In this document: piece after piece, positions 49,185 to 58,534 of the stretch
How positions within the stretch are numbered: the stretch's first letter is position 1
Layout of the letters: each line of letters starts with the position of its first letter
Assembly: GCA_965215505.1 (NCBI GenBank)
Contig: OZ244065.1
Coordinates: forward strand, 6,113,772-6,177,771
DNA: 64,000 nt
Source of the DNA: Capsulimonadaceae bacterium
GTDB lineage: Bacteria; Armatimonadota; Armatimonadia; Armatimonadales; Capsulimonadaceae
Reading direction: 5' to 3'
Position numbers and translations under genes: made by a program
Notes under the pieces: generated by a model
What the model saw: only the letters and a program-made list of their open reading frames with translations
The model's database searches: none
What the model was told of the DNA's origin: nothing

Positions 49185-51593
49185 TTGATTTTCCAAATGC
49201 CTCGCCGCAGCGGCAAGGCGATCCCCGTAACCGCATCCGCCGCCCTGACTTCTTGTGTTCTCGCTTCCTTCGGCCTCCCGGCCTCTTCCGCGCCCGCACA
49301 GGCCCGCGCCGTCAAGCGCCCCGCGCGCACCACCCGCATGACACCGCTCGCGCCCACTTTGGTGGGCCGGTCCCCGACGCCCGCCCAGACCCTGCTCGTC
49401 CGTGACGGCCTGCCCGCCATGGGTACAAACAACGGGGTCCGGCTCTGGGTCCACGGCGACGCCAGCGGGGCGGACCTGCGCGTCCGCGTACTGGCCCCCC
49501 CGCCGGTGGCCGCCTCGCCGACCGCCGACGCCGTCGAGCCGCGCGACGAGTGGATCTCGACGCCGATCCCCGTCACGTTCGCCGGGTGGCGCGAGTTCGT
49601 CCTGCCGCAGTCCAAGTTCAGCCGCCGCTCCGCCTCCGCCTCCGTGGCCGCGCTGGACATGGCTCTGCCCGCCGACGCCCAGCCGATGGGCGCGGCCGAT
49701 GCGCCCGCCGCCGCACCCGATTGGGCGGCCTCGACCGGGCTGGCGCTCGACGTGACGACGTCCCGCCAGGCGACCCTGATCGTGGACGACATCGCCTGGG
49801 TGACGCTCGACGCGAGTGGGCAGGGGACGGCTGACACCCCCGTCGCCGACTTCGAGCAGGGCAACGTCGGGGCCTGGAAGCCGGTCGGCACTCCCGAATC
49901 GGCCGCCGCCGTCTCTTACGGCGTGTCCACCCAGCCCGGCCTGGTCCACGGAGGCCGGGTCGCCTTCCGGCTCACCGTCACGCCGCCTGGCCTGCTGCGT
50001 CGGTCCCTCCAGTCCTACGCCCGGCAGGCCATGGAGGCGTCCGGCCAGCCCTGCCTGGTCTGGCTACCCCCGTCGCTGTTCGCGCGGGTCCTACCGGACA
50101 GCCTGCCGCTGCGCCCCAGCGTTGCCCCCGAGGTCACCCTCACGGCTTGTCCGGAGCAGACGGCGGCGGCGACCTTCTGCCTGTACAGCCCGGCCGCGCT
50201 GTCCGGCGTCGCCGTCTCGCTCCCGCAGGACTTGCAGGGCATCGGCCACGTCATCCCCAAGAGTGACGTCGAGGTGCATGTGGTCGAGGTCCGCCCCCGG
50301 AGCGGCGGCGGGATGCTGCGCGACCCGGACACGTCCGGCCCGGCCCCCGCCCTGCTTGTCAAGGACGACCGCGTACCGCTAGCTGGGGCCTACACGCCCC
50401 TCCGCCTGACCGGGCCGGCCGTCTGCGACATCCCCGCCGACACCTCCAAGCAGTTCTGGCTGACCTTCAACGTCCCGCGCAACACGCCGCACGGGTCCTA
50501 CGTCGGCCGCTTCGTCGTGTCCGGGCGCGGCCTGGCCCCGTTCACCGTCCGTGCCGTCCTGAACGTCCTGCCGCTGCGCCTGTATTCGCCCGCCAAACAG
50601 TACGGGATCGACCTGCGCTCGCGCCTGGACGCCCCGCCCGCGACCCTGCCCTCCGCAGACGGGCACGACCTGGTGACGGACTTCGTCTCCAAGGACACCC
50701 TGGACCGCCAGCTCGCGGACATCTACGCGCACGGCTTCACCATCGCCTCGCTCTACGACTCACCGGACACCCTCTGGAACGCCGTCAACGAGTACCGCGC
50801 CTTTGGGCTGGGGACGCCGTACAACCTGTACAAAGGTGCCGGCGACCCCAAAACGGTCGAGAAAGCGCGCGGCGACCACCAGGCCCCCGCCTTGACCTAC
50901 TACACCGACCCGGAGCCGAACGATGCCGCCCAGTCGCGCATGGCCCCGCTGTCCAAGGCGGGCATCCCCAACGCGACCTACATCCCGCGCCAGTCCGACT
51001 TCGGCGCGCTCGGGGCGACCACCGACATCGCGCTTTACAACCGCGACTCGGAGTACCCGCAGCAGCTCCTCCGCAACAAGGGCCAGCGCGTCTCCATGAC
51101 CCGCGACTGGTGGTACTGGCCCGCCGCCGCCTCGGACCCGGTGACGAACCGCGTGGACTCGGGCCTGCTGCTGTGGCGCTCCAACCTCTACGGTGCGTTC
51201 CTGCCCGACTACCAGACCGCCTTCGGCGCGGACCCCTACGACGAGGACTCGGCGGGCGCGGCCCCGGCCAAGGCCGCCTTCCGCCCCCTGATGCTGACCT
51301 ATCCGGTCAAAGACGGCGTCGTGGACACCTTGCAGTGGGAGGCCTGCCGCGAGGGCGTCAACGACGTCCGCTATCTGACCACGATGTACGCCGCCCTGCG
51401 CGAGTGCAAGGACGCCCACATCGCGAAGCCGCTCGTCTCGGAGGCCGAGGGCTACGTCAAGACTTTCCTGGACAAGCCGCTCGCGAACCTGCCCGAGTCC
51501 CAGCTCGACGCCTTCCGCACCCAGGTCGCCAACTACTCCATCGAACTCCGCCGCCAGGTGGACGCCTACAACAAGGCCCACGGCATCCAGTAG
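49185..51593 (+). CDS. Secreted glycoside-hydrolase-like protein (CBM-like plus GH123-like)
   Basis: TTG start with GAGGAGG; SKQFWLTFNVP...G.Y.G; TLQWEACREGVNDVRYL. Confidence 0.65.
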   Translation: MIFQMPRRSGKAIPVTASAALTSCVLASFGLPASSAPAQARAVKRPARTTRMTPLAPTLVGRSPTPAQTLLVRDGLPAMGTNNGVRLWVHGDASGADLRVRVLAPPPVAASPTADAVEPRDEWISTPIPVTFAGWREFVLPQSKFSRRSASASVAALDMALPADAQPMGAADAPAAAPDWAASTGLALDVTTSRQATLIVDDIAWVTLDASGQGTADTPVADFEQGNVGAWKPVGTPESAAAVSYGVSTQPGLVHGGRVAFRLTVTPPGLLRRSLQSYARQAMEASGQPCLVWLPPSLFARVLPDSLPLRPSVAPEVTLTACPEQTAAATFCLYSPAALSGVAVSLPQDLQGIGHVIPKSDVEVHVVEVRPRSGGGMLRDPDTSGPAPALLVKDDRVPLAGAYTPLRLTGPAVCDIPADTSKQFWLTFNVPRNTPHGSYVGRFVVSGRGLAPFTVRAVLNVLPLRLYSPAKQYGIDLRSRLDAPPATLPSADGHDLVTDFVSKDTLDRQLADIYAHGFTIASLYDSPDTLWNAVNEYRAFGLGTPYNLYKGAGDPKTVEKARGDHQAPALTYYTDPEPNDAAQSRMAPLSKAGIPNATYIPRQSDFGALGATTDIALYNRDSEYPQQLLRNKGQRVSMTRDWWYWPAAASDPVTNRVDSGLLLWRSNLYGAFLPDYQTAFGADPYDEDSAGAAPAKAAFRPLMLTYPVKDGVVDTLQWEACREGVNDVRYLTTMYAALRECKDAHIAKPLVSEAEGYVKTFLDKPLANLPESQLDAFRTQVANYSIELRRQVDAYNKAHGIQ

Positions 51594-51607
51594 GAATGCA
51601 CAAAGAA

Positions 51608-51643
51608 GGCTGTCCGGCATCGCCGGGCAGCTTTTTTGCTTTT
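51608..51643 (+). terminator. Intrinsic terminator
   Basis: gctgtccggc-atc-gccgggcagc-tttttt. Confidence 0.75.
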
Positions 51644-51703
51644 CCGGGCCGTATCCGTTCGCTCCGCCACGGGCGCGGACATACATGAGCGAGGAGGACA
51701 CCC

Positions 51704-53326
51704 ATGACGGACCTGACCGACTGGCAGCTCATCAAACAATATGCAGGAGGCGACAGGCAGGCCGCCTTCAGCGCCCTCGTCCGGCGGCACACGGACCTGG
51801 TCTACTGTACCTGCCTGCGCGCGCTCGGAGAACCGTCGCTGGCCGAGGACGCCGCCCAGGCCGTCTTTCTCATCCTCGCTCGCAAGGCCCCGGCCTTCCG
51901 GCCGGGGACCACGCTGTCGAGCTGGCTCTTCCAAACGGCCGTGCTGACCTCCAAGAACGTGTCCAAGCGGGAGCGGCGGCGACAGGCGCGCGAGCAGCGG
52001 CTGACATCAGAAATGGAGGCGCTGGAGATGGAACGGATGACGCCGACCAGGCCGTCCGGCTGGGAGGAGATCGAGCCGCTGCTGAACGAGGCGCTTGATG
52101 CCTTGCCTGACGCCCAGCGTGGGCTGGTCTTGGAACGCTTCCTGGAAGGCCGCCCGCTGGCCGAGGTCGGTGCCGCCTTGGGCATCTCCGAGGACGCCGC
52201 CCGGATGCGCCTGAACCGCGCCCTGGACCGGATGCGGCGCTTCTTCGCCGCCCGGAACGTCATCCTGCCTGCCGCCGCCCTCGCCTCCCTGCTGCCGTTG
52301 GCCGTCCGTCCCGCCCCCGCCCGCTGCGCCGAGAACATTCTGCGCCTTGCCCTGCCGCCCGCCGCCCCGGACCCGACCGTCCACGCAATCGCCCAAGGAG
52401 CGATCCACACCATGAACCTCAACCGCCTCAGACTCCAACTTGGAGCCGCCGCCCTCGTGGCCCTTCTTTCCATCGGCGCGACAAGCGCCGTCCGCGTCCA
52501 CACTCAGGTCAAGGCCCGTGCTGCCCTCGCGGTAAAGGCTGCCGCAAATCGTCAGGACCAAGCCCGCGCGCTCGCCGTCTTGGACCGCATGTACGCGACC
52601 TACGCGGCCATGCACTCGTTCCGGTGCAGTGTCAGGATCCATGAAGATCCACTGAGTACCGATCAGGACGCTTCCTACGAGATCGAGCGGCCCAACAAAA
52701 TTCGCTTCCGTCGTGCCACACTCCTCGGCGACCCGGAGATGTCCGGCCAGGCGCTCGCCGTCAGCAATGGGAGTAGCCTGTCAGTGACCTGCACGGAGAA
52801 CAAGGGGCTGGCAGATCATTACGCGAAAATGCCGCTGGGCGGTCCAACGGATTACAGCAGTCTGTTTGGGGCTTTTGGGGGCCTTGGCGCATGGGGGACC
52901 GAACCGTATGCTGGGATGCCCGATGTCGTACTGGGCATCAGGCTGCACCACAACCTTTCCTCCCAAATGGCCGCTCCTGAATACTCATTGGGCCCGCCTG
53001 TCGTACTGGATCTGTCCGGTCAGCCGGGACCGATGCCGTTCGACGTAGTCATCGCCCGCATTCCTTATCGTGTTGGGACGCCGAACAGGGATTGGAAGGG
53101 TGCCGAAGAAGTCGTGACCTACTACATCGGCCAGCGGGATCACTTACTGTACAAGCTCACCGCAACGGACCCTGTCAGCCCAACGGACATGGACACGCGG
53201 ACTGAACTGATTAACGGCATTGAGGTCAATCCAAAGCTGCCTCCCTCCGACTTCGCCTTCACGCCCCCGCCCGGCGGCCATGAGGTCCACAACACAAGCG
53301 ATCTTTTTTCCAACGGCAGGATGTGA
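51704..53326 (+). CDS. ECF sigma-70 factor with TM helix and extracytoplasmic LolA-like (DUF2092-like) extension
   Basis: AFSALVRRH..LVY..C, AEDAAQAVFLILARKA, SWLF, LGISEDAARMR; TM helix; ERPNKIRF, AVSNG, NPKLPPSDFAFTPP. Confidence 0.88.
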   Translation: MTDLTDWQLIKQYAGGDRQAAFSALVRRHTDLVYCTCLRALGEPSLAEDAAQAVFLILARKAPAFRPGTTLSSWLFQTAVLTSKNVSKRERRRQAREQRLTSEMEALEMERMTPTRPSGWEEIEPLLNEALDALPDAQRGLVLERFLEGRPLAEVGAALGISEDAARMRLNRALDRMRRFFAARNVILPAAALASLLPLAVRPAPARCAENILRLALPPAAPDPTVHAIAQGAIHTMNLNRLRLQLGAAALVALLSIGATSAVRVHTQVKARAALAVKAAANRQDQARALAVLDRMYATYAAMHSFRCSVRIHEDPLSTDQDASYEIERPNKIRFRRATLLGDPEMSGQALAVSNGSSLSVTCTENKGLADHYAKMPLGGPTDYSSLFGAFGGLGAWGTEPYAGMPDVVLGIRLHHNLSSQMAAPEYSLGPPVVLDLSGQPGPMPFDVVIARIPYRVGTPNRDWKGAEEVVTYYIGQRDHLLYKLTATDPVSPTDMDTRTELINGIEVNPKLPPSDFAFTPPPGGHEVHNTSDLFSNGRM

Positions 53327-53339
53327 CCGCAAGACGAGA

Positions 53340-53368
53340 ACAGCCGCCCGGCAACGCCGGGCGGCTGT
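53340..53368. terminator. Hairpin between convergent genes
   Basis: acagccgcccggc-aac-gccgggcggctgt. Confidence 0.7.
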
Positions 53369-53408
53369 CTGGATTCGCGGATTTAAACCATCACCACGCC
53401 GAGGGTTG

Positions 53409-55910
53409 TTACAGCGTCCGCACCGCCAGCCGCCCGCGCAGAGCGTCCGCCGTCTCCATCCCTGCTGCCTTGGCGACCGTCAGTGTCCGGGTTTCGCCGG
53501 GCCGCAGGTGGAAGAAGTTGTCCCCCAGGCCCGGCAGGGGCGCGTTGTCCGTCCGCCGCAGCCAGACATAGGGGGCAAACCGCTTGGCGCTGACGCTAGT
53601 GATCAGAGCATCGCCAGCCTCCGCGACGGTCAGAGTCAGGGCGGGGTCGGCGCGCTGCAAATCCTTCGGCTCGCAGAGCAGCAGGAGGTTATCGGCCGTC
53701 GTTCCGTCGTCTGAGGCGAAGCGGGCGGAGACGTACACCGCGCGCTCATGGCCCGATGCCGCCGACACCGAGAATGAGCCGACCTGGGCCGCCGCGTTGG
53801 CGGCGACCGATACGTCCGCCGTCTCCTCCGAAAGCGTTTCCCCGTCCAGCGTCGCCAGCGTCCAAGTGATTCGGCCCGACAGCGGCGTCAGCAGGTCGCT
53901 GATGAGGTGGGCCTGAACGCTCTCACCCTCCCGCACCAGGGACAACAGCACGGGCGCGTAGAACTTTTTCGAGGCGAAGTAGGCCGCCTTCGGCTCGCCG
54001 GTCGAGTCGATTACCGACCACGATTGCACCGGCCAGCAGTCGTTGAGCTGCCAGAACAGCGTCCCCCAGCAGCGGCCCTTGCGCCGCCGGTAGTGTTCCA
54101 CGCCGCACTTCAAAGCCTCGGCCTGGTTGATCTGACTGAAATAGACTAGGTCCTCCAGCGACTGCGCCTCCGGGAAGTGCAGGGCGATGTAGCCCAGATA
54201 GGTGTCGTAGCCCTTGCGCGTCTTGTCGTGCCAGCGGACGGCGGGGGAGTGGGGCGAGCGGTCAGTGACCGCCAGGGACTCGTCCCACGCGCCCAGCCCG
54301 CAGGAGGCGGCGAAGCCGAACTCGGAGCAGAAGCGGCTGTCGTTCTCCACATAATGCACCCAGTCGCCGCGCCCGTGCCAGACGTCCCAGTTGTGGCAGT
54401 CGCCGAAGTCGGCGCTGTTCGAGTCGCCGGCGGGGCCGCCGTAGGGCGAGCCGGGCCAGTAGGGGGTCTGCGGGTCCTCGGCGGCGACCACGGCGGGCAG
54501 GATCTCGTGGTACAGGTGCTCGCCCAGCAGGCGCGGTGGCCGCGTGCCCGTCCAGTTGCCCTCGAACATGGTGTGGTTCTCGTTGTTGCCGCACCACAGG
54601 GCAAGGGAGGGATGGCTGCGGATGCGGCGCACGGCGGCCGTGGCCTCGGTGCGAGCCAGTTCAGCGTACTCGCCCGTATCAGGGTAGTAGGAGCAGCCGT
54701 AGGGAAAATCCTGCCAGACCAAAAGGCCCATCTCATCGCACAGGGCGTAAAAGTCTTCCGACTCGTAGAAGCCGCCGCCCCAGACGCGGAGCATCGTCAT
54801 CCCCGCGTCCCGCGCCTGCACGATGCGCTCGCGCAGGCGGGCCGGTGTAATCAGGCTGGGGAACGAGTGGTCAGGAATCCAGTTCGCACCTTTGGCGTAA
54901 ATGTCCACGCCGTTGACGCGGAACTTGAAGCCCTCGCCTTTGCCGTCGGCGTCCGGCTCATGAAGGAGTTCGATCGTCCGAAGGCCGATCTTCGCCGCGC
55001 GCCAGTCTACTGCCTCACTGTCCGCGCCGACAATCGCCAGCGTCAGGTCATACAGGGCCGCCTCGCCGTAGCCGTTCGGCTGCCAGCGGCGCGGCGCGGC
55101 GACTGTGACCGTCCCTGACACGCTGACATCGCCCGTGCCGGTGGGGGCAGGCAGGCTGATCGGGTTCGCACCCGCAAGCGACACCGACAGGGTCAGAGGC
55201 GTCTCCTCCTGCCCCGGTGCGCGCTCGACTTCGGCCGTCACCATCAGCGTCGCATGGCCGTCCTCGCGGAACTCGACCGAATGCTTCCAGTCGCCCAGGC
55301 GGGCCACGGGGACAGTCACCAACTCGACGGGCTGCCACAGGCCGCAGCCGCGCAGGACCGGCCCCCAGTCCCAGCCGTACTGGTACTGCGCCTTGCGGAC
55401 GAAGGCGCGCTCGGCCCAGTTATCCCAATGGTAGGGCAGGGTGTCGTTGCCGCCCGCATCCCAGGCCGCCTGCCGCTCCCGCCCGACGCGCAGGGCCGAC
55501 CGGAACGTGACGCTCAGAGTGTTCTCCCCTACCTTCAGCCTGCCGCCGACGGGAAACTCGTGCGGGATGAACATGTCTTCGGCCTGCCCCAGCGCCTCGC
55601 CGTTCAGGGCGATCTCGGCTAATGTGTCCAGCCCGTGGAAGTGCAGGAACGCGCAGGCCGGGGGCGGGCCGTCAACGTCAAACGTCGTCTCATAGGCCCA
55701 GTCGCTCTCATCCACCCAGGCGACGCCGTGTTCGTAGAGCCGCGCCAGCGGGTCGGGGATGACGCCCGCCCGCATCAGGTCCAGGTGGACGCCACCGGGC
55801 ACGAGCGCGGGCAGCCAGGGGAGCCGGTTGTGGACGGCGGTTCCGGCGCGCGGCACTTCCCGCACGCGCCATCCGGTCGAAAGAGTCTGCTTCGTGATGT
55901 TCAATAGCAA
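53409..55910 (-). CDS. Beta-mannosidase (GH2)
   Basis: RKAQYQYGWDWGP, KGANWIP, RVWGGG.YE, WCGNNE, SEFG, WQLNDCWP. TTG start uncertain (55910 or 55904). Confidence 0.92.
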   Translation of the reverse strand: MLLNITKQTLSTGWRVREVPRAGTAVHNRLPWLPALVPGGVHLDLMRAGVIPDPLARLYEHGVAWVDESDWAYETTFDVDGPPPACAFLHFHGLDTLAEIALNGEALGQAEDMFIPHEFPVGGRLKVGENTLSVTFRSALRVGRERQAAWDAGGNDTLPYHWDNWAERAFVRKAQYQYGWDWGPVLRGCGLWQPVELVTVPVARLGDWKHSVEFREDGHATLMVTAEVERAPGQEETPLTLSVSLAGANPISLPAPTGTGDVSVSGTVTVAAPRRWQPNGYGEAALYDLTLAIVGADSEAVDWRAAKIGLRTIELLHEPDADGKGEGFKFRVNGVDIYAKGANWIPDHSFPSLITPARLRERIVQARDAGMTMLRVWGGGFYESEDFYALCDEMGLLVWQDFPYGCSYYPDTGEYAELARTEATAAVRRIRSHPSLALWCGNNENHTMFEGNWTGTRPPRLLGEHLYHEILPAVVAAEDPQTPYWPGSPYGGPAGDSNSADFGDCHNWDVWHGRGDWVHYVENDSRFCSEFGFAASCGLGAWDESLAVTDRSPHSPAVRWHDKTRKGYDTYLGYIALHFPEAQSLEDLVYFSQINQAEALKCGVEHYRRRKGRCWGTLFWQLNDCWPVQSWSVIDSTGEPKAAYFASKKFYAPVLLSLVREGESVQAHLISDLLTPLSGRITWTLATLDGETLSEETADVSVAANAAAQVGSFSVSAASGHERAVYVSARFASDDGTTADNLLLLCEPKDLQRADPALTLTVAEAGDALITSVSAKRFAPYVWLRRTDNAPLPGLGDNFFHLRPGETRTLTVAKAAGMETADALRGRLAVRTL

Positions 55911-55958
55911 TAGGGTTTCCGTTTCCGTGGCCCAGGCGAGCCGAGTCGAATTGCCGCT

Positions 55959-56020
55959 ATGATAGCCCATCAGCCCCCGCCTGTCAAGGCTTTGACAGAA
56001 CGCGCGCCCCGTGCTACAAT
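55959..56020. promoter_or_regulatory. Back-to-back sigma70 promoters
   Basis: Minus strand TTGACA-17-TATCAT; plus strand TTGACA-17-TACAAT; the two -35 boxes are 4 bp apart. Confidence 0.8.
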
Positions 56021-56028
56021 AAAGCCTT

Positions 56029-58068
56029 ATGAATTTACGCCTCTGCTTCGCCCTGCTGCTGGCGCTCCTGCCCGCCGCACTCGCGGCCCAGACCGCCCCG
56101 CCCATGGTCCCGCGCTACGCCAAGTTTGAGGCGTCGTGGACATTGCCGAACCAGACCGGCAACCCGTTCGACCCCGCCGACAACGACGTGCGGGTGACGT
56201 TCGCCGGGCCGGGCCATTCGCCGGTGACGGTGCCCGCCTTCTGGGACGGCGACCGCTGGCGCGTCCGCTTCGCCCCCACCCAGACCGGCGCGTATTCCCT
56301 GAGCGTCCGCCGCAACGGGCAGGACGTCGCGCCCGTGGGCCTGCGCCCCGCCGACTTCCGATGCGTCCCGTCCGCCTCCTACGGCTTCGTCCGGCGCGAC
56401 CCGAAGGTCATCCAGCGGTTTGTTTTTGACAACGGCCGGACCTTCTACCCGCTGGGCATGGACGCCGCCTGGACGAACCAGCAGATGCCCGAGTTTGCGC
56501 CGACCTTCGCCAAGATGCACGCGGCCGGGATGAACTGGGCGCGCATCTGGATGACCTATTGGGACGGCACGAATCTTGAGTGGACGGCGGACAAAACGCA
56601 GAACCCGCCTATCGGGCGGTACGACCTGGCCGCAGCCCGCCGCTGGGACGCGATCATGGATGCCGCCGACAGGAACGGCATCTTCGTCCAAATGACCTTG
56701 CAGCACCACGGCCCGTACACCGAGCGGACCGACCCGAACTGGCGGGACAACCCGTTCAACAAGGCTAATGGCGGCTTCCTGGCCCACCCCGACGATTTCT
56801 TCACCGACTCACGGGCGCGGCTGCTGACCCGGAACAAGTACCGCTACATCGTCGCCCGCTGGGGCTACTCCACGCACCTGATGGACTGGGAGCTGTTCAA
56901 CGAGGTGCAGAACATCACCGAGGCCCGCAGCCATTTTGACGATGTCGTGAACTGGCACAAGGAGATGGCCCTGACGGTCCGCGCCGAGGACATCAACCAC
57001 CACCTGGTGACCACCAGCAACTCGCCCGCCGATGACCCGCTGGCCCACATCGGCCTGGACTATGACCAGGTGCATACCTATCCCAGCGACATCCTCTCCT
57101 TCTTCGCCGCCCAGCGCGGGGCTGACCTACCCCTCTTCACCGGCGAATGGGGGCCGGGGAACGCCGGAAGGGACATGACCGAGTCGTTCCTGCATGACGG
57201 CCTCTGGTCTTCGCTGATGGCCCCGACGGCGGGGGCGGGCCAGTTCTGGTTCTGGGATCAGGTCATCCCGCACGCCTGGTGGCCGCAGTACGCCTCCGCC
57301 TCGGGCTTCCTCAAAAGCTTCTCCGTGACCAGCCACCCCGGTCTGGCCTCACTCAGCCCGCGCGTGCGGGTGGCCGGTGCGTATGGCGACCTGTCCTTCA
57401 CGCCCCCCGGTGGCTTCGAGACGGCCACGCGCGAGACGGTCACGCTGTCCCCCGACGGCCAGACGCCGGACCTGTCCGGCCTCCCCGCCTTCTTCCAGGG
57501 GCAGAACCACCGCGACATGCTGCCGCGCCCGGTCACGTTCGTCGTGGATTGTCCGGCCCCCAGCCAGTTCCGGCTCGACATCGGCAACGTCGCCCGCGCC
57601 GGGGCGCATCCCGTCCTGACCCTGGACGGCAAGCCGGGCGCGGAAGCCGACTTCCCCGCCGCCGATGCCAACCATGACGCGGCGCAGACGCTCTCCGTAG
57701 ACCTCCCGGTGGGGCCGCACCGCGTCACGGTGTTCAATACCGGTCCTGACTGGTTCGTCGTCCACCGCCTGGCCGTCACTCATTATGCTCCGCCCGTCGC
57801 CGCGCTGGCCAAAGGCGACGCGCGCAGCGCCGTCTTCTGGGCCTACACCCGCGACCGCAGCGCTGTGACGTCCGCCAAGGCAACGCTGGTCTTGACCGGC
57901 CTGGCTCCAGGCCGCTACACCATCCGCCTGTGGGACCCGTGGCAGGGCCGCGAGATCGCCCTACTTCAGGCCGAGACGCGGGCGGGTTCGGTCGAGGTCG
58001 CCTTGCCGGACATGACGCGCGATCTGGCGGGAGTCGTCGTCCCCGTGCGAGCCGAGGGCCGGATGTAG
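56029..58068 (+). CDS. DUF5060 + GH5-like glycoside hydrolase
   Basis: NPFDP...WRVRFAP..G; RYIVARWGYS; WELFNE (acid/base); TGEWG (nucleophile). Confidence 0.85.
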   Translation: MNLRLCFALLLALLPAALAAQTAPPMVPRYAKFEASWTLPNQTGNPFDPADNDVRVTFAGPGHSPVTVPAFWDGDRWRVRFAPTQTGAYSLSVRRNGQDVAPVGLRPADFRCVPSASYGFVRRDPKVIQRFVFDNGRTFYPLGMDAAWTNQQMPEFAPTFAKMHAAGMNWARIWMTYWDGTNLEWTADKTQNPPIGRYDLAAARRWDAIMDAADRNGIFVQMTLQHHGPYTERTDPNWRDNPFNKANGGFLAHPDDFFTDSRARLLTRNKYRYIVARWGYSTHLMDWELFNEVQNITEARSHFDDVVNWHKEMALTVRAEDINHHLVTTSNSPADDPLAHIGLDYDQVHTYPSDILSFFAAQRGADLPLFTGEWGPGNAGRDMTESFLHDGLWSSLMAPTAGAGQFWFWDQVIPHAWWPQYASASGFLKSFSVTSHPGLASLSPRVRVAGAYGDLSFTPPGGFETATRETVTLSPDGQTPDLSGLPAFFQGQNHRDMLPRPVTFVVDCPAPSQFRLDIGNVARAGAHPVLTLDGKPGAEADFPAADANHDAAQTLSVDLPVGPHRVTVFNTGPDWFVVHRLAVTHYAPPVAALAKGDARSAVFWAYTRDRSAVTSAKATLVLTGLAPGRYTIRLWDPWQGREIALLQAETRAGSVEVALPDMTRDLAGVVVPVRAEGRM

Positions 58069-58089
58069 GGGCGCGATTCATCGCGCCCT
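58065..58089 (+). repeat. GTAG REP supplying the TAG stop codon
   Basis: gtaggggcgcgattcatcgcgccct. Confidence 0.75.
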
Positions 58090-58118
58090 CTTGATCCTCT
58101 CGACCGTGGTTGCCGCCG

Positions 58119-58514
58119 CTACCTGTTCAAGAGTACTACGGCAATCATAATAGCCATCGCCGCGAGGATCACGACAAGAGCGAATGTTTGGCCTGGACCC
58201 CGTTGATCGCTGCCACTTGGAAAGGGCGGGTACTGACTGGTACGCCACCGTGCGATGTGGCGTAGCTCTTCCTGAAGCTCCCAGCGCCTGCGCTCTTCCT
58301 CCTGCCGCATGACCGCTTTGACTGCTTCTAGTGCCGGGATCATCTCAGACAACGCCGCCTGATCGGCGGCAAGGCTGTCTTCAAGCGCCTGCCGTGCCTC
58401 GCCTTGAAGGGAGGCCATCCGCCGCTGTGTGCGCTTGATACGTCGTTCAAGCATGTTCCGCCGCGTGATCGCCTGAACGGCGCGTTCACGGTCTTGGGCG
58501 CTGGTCTGGCTCAT
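58119..58514 (-). CDS. Hypothetical coiled-coil protein with a C-terminal TM helix
   Basis: GGAGG RBS; helical body; hydrophobic tail. Confidence 0.65.
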   Translation of the reverse strand: MSQTSAQDRERAVQAITRRNMLERRIKRTQRRMASLQGEARQALEDSLAADQAALSEMIPALEAVKAVMRQEEERRRWELQEELRHIARWRTSQYPPFPSGSDQRGPGQTFALVVILAAMAIMIAVVLLNR

Positions 58515-58534
58515 TGTATTCCCCTCCCGCACTC

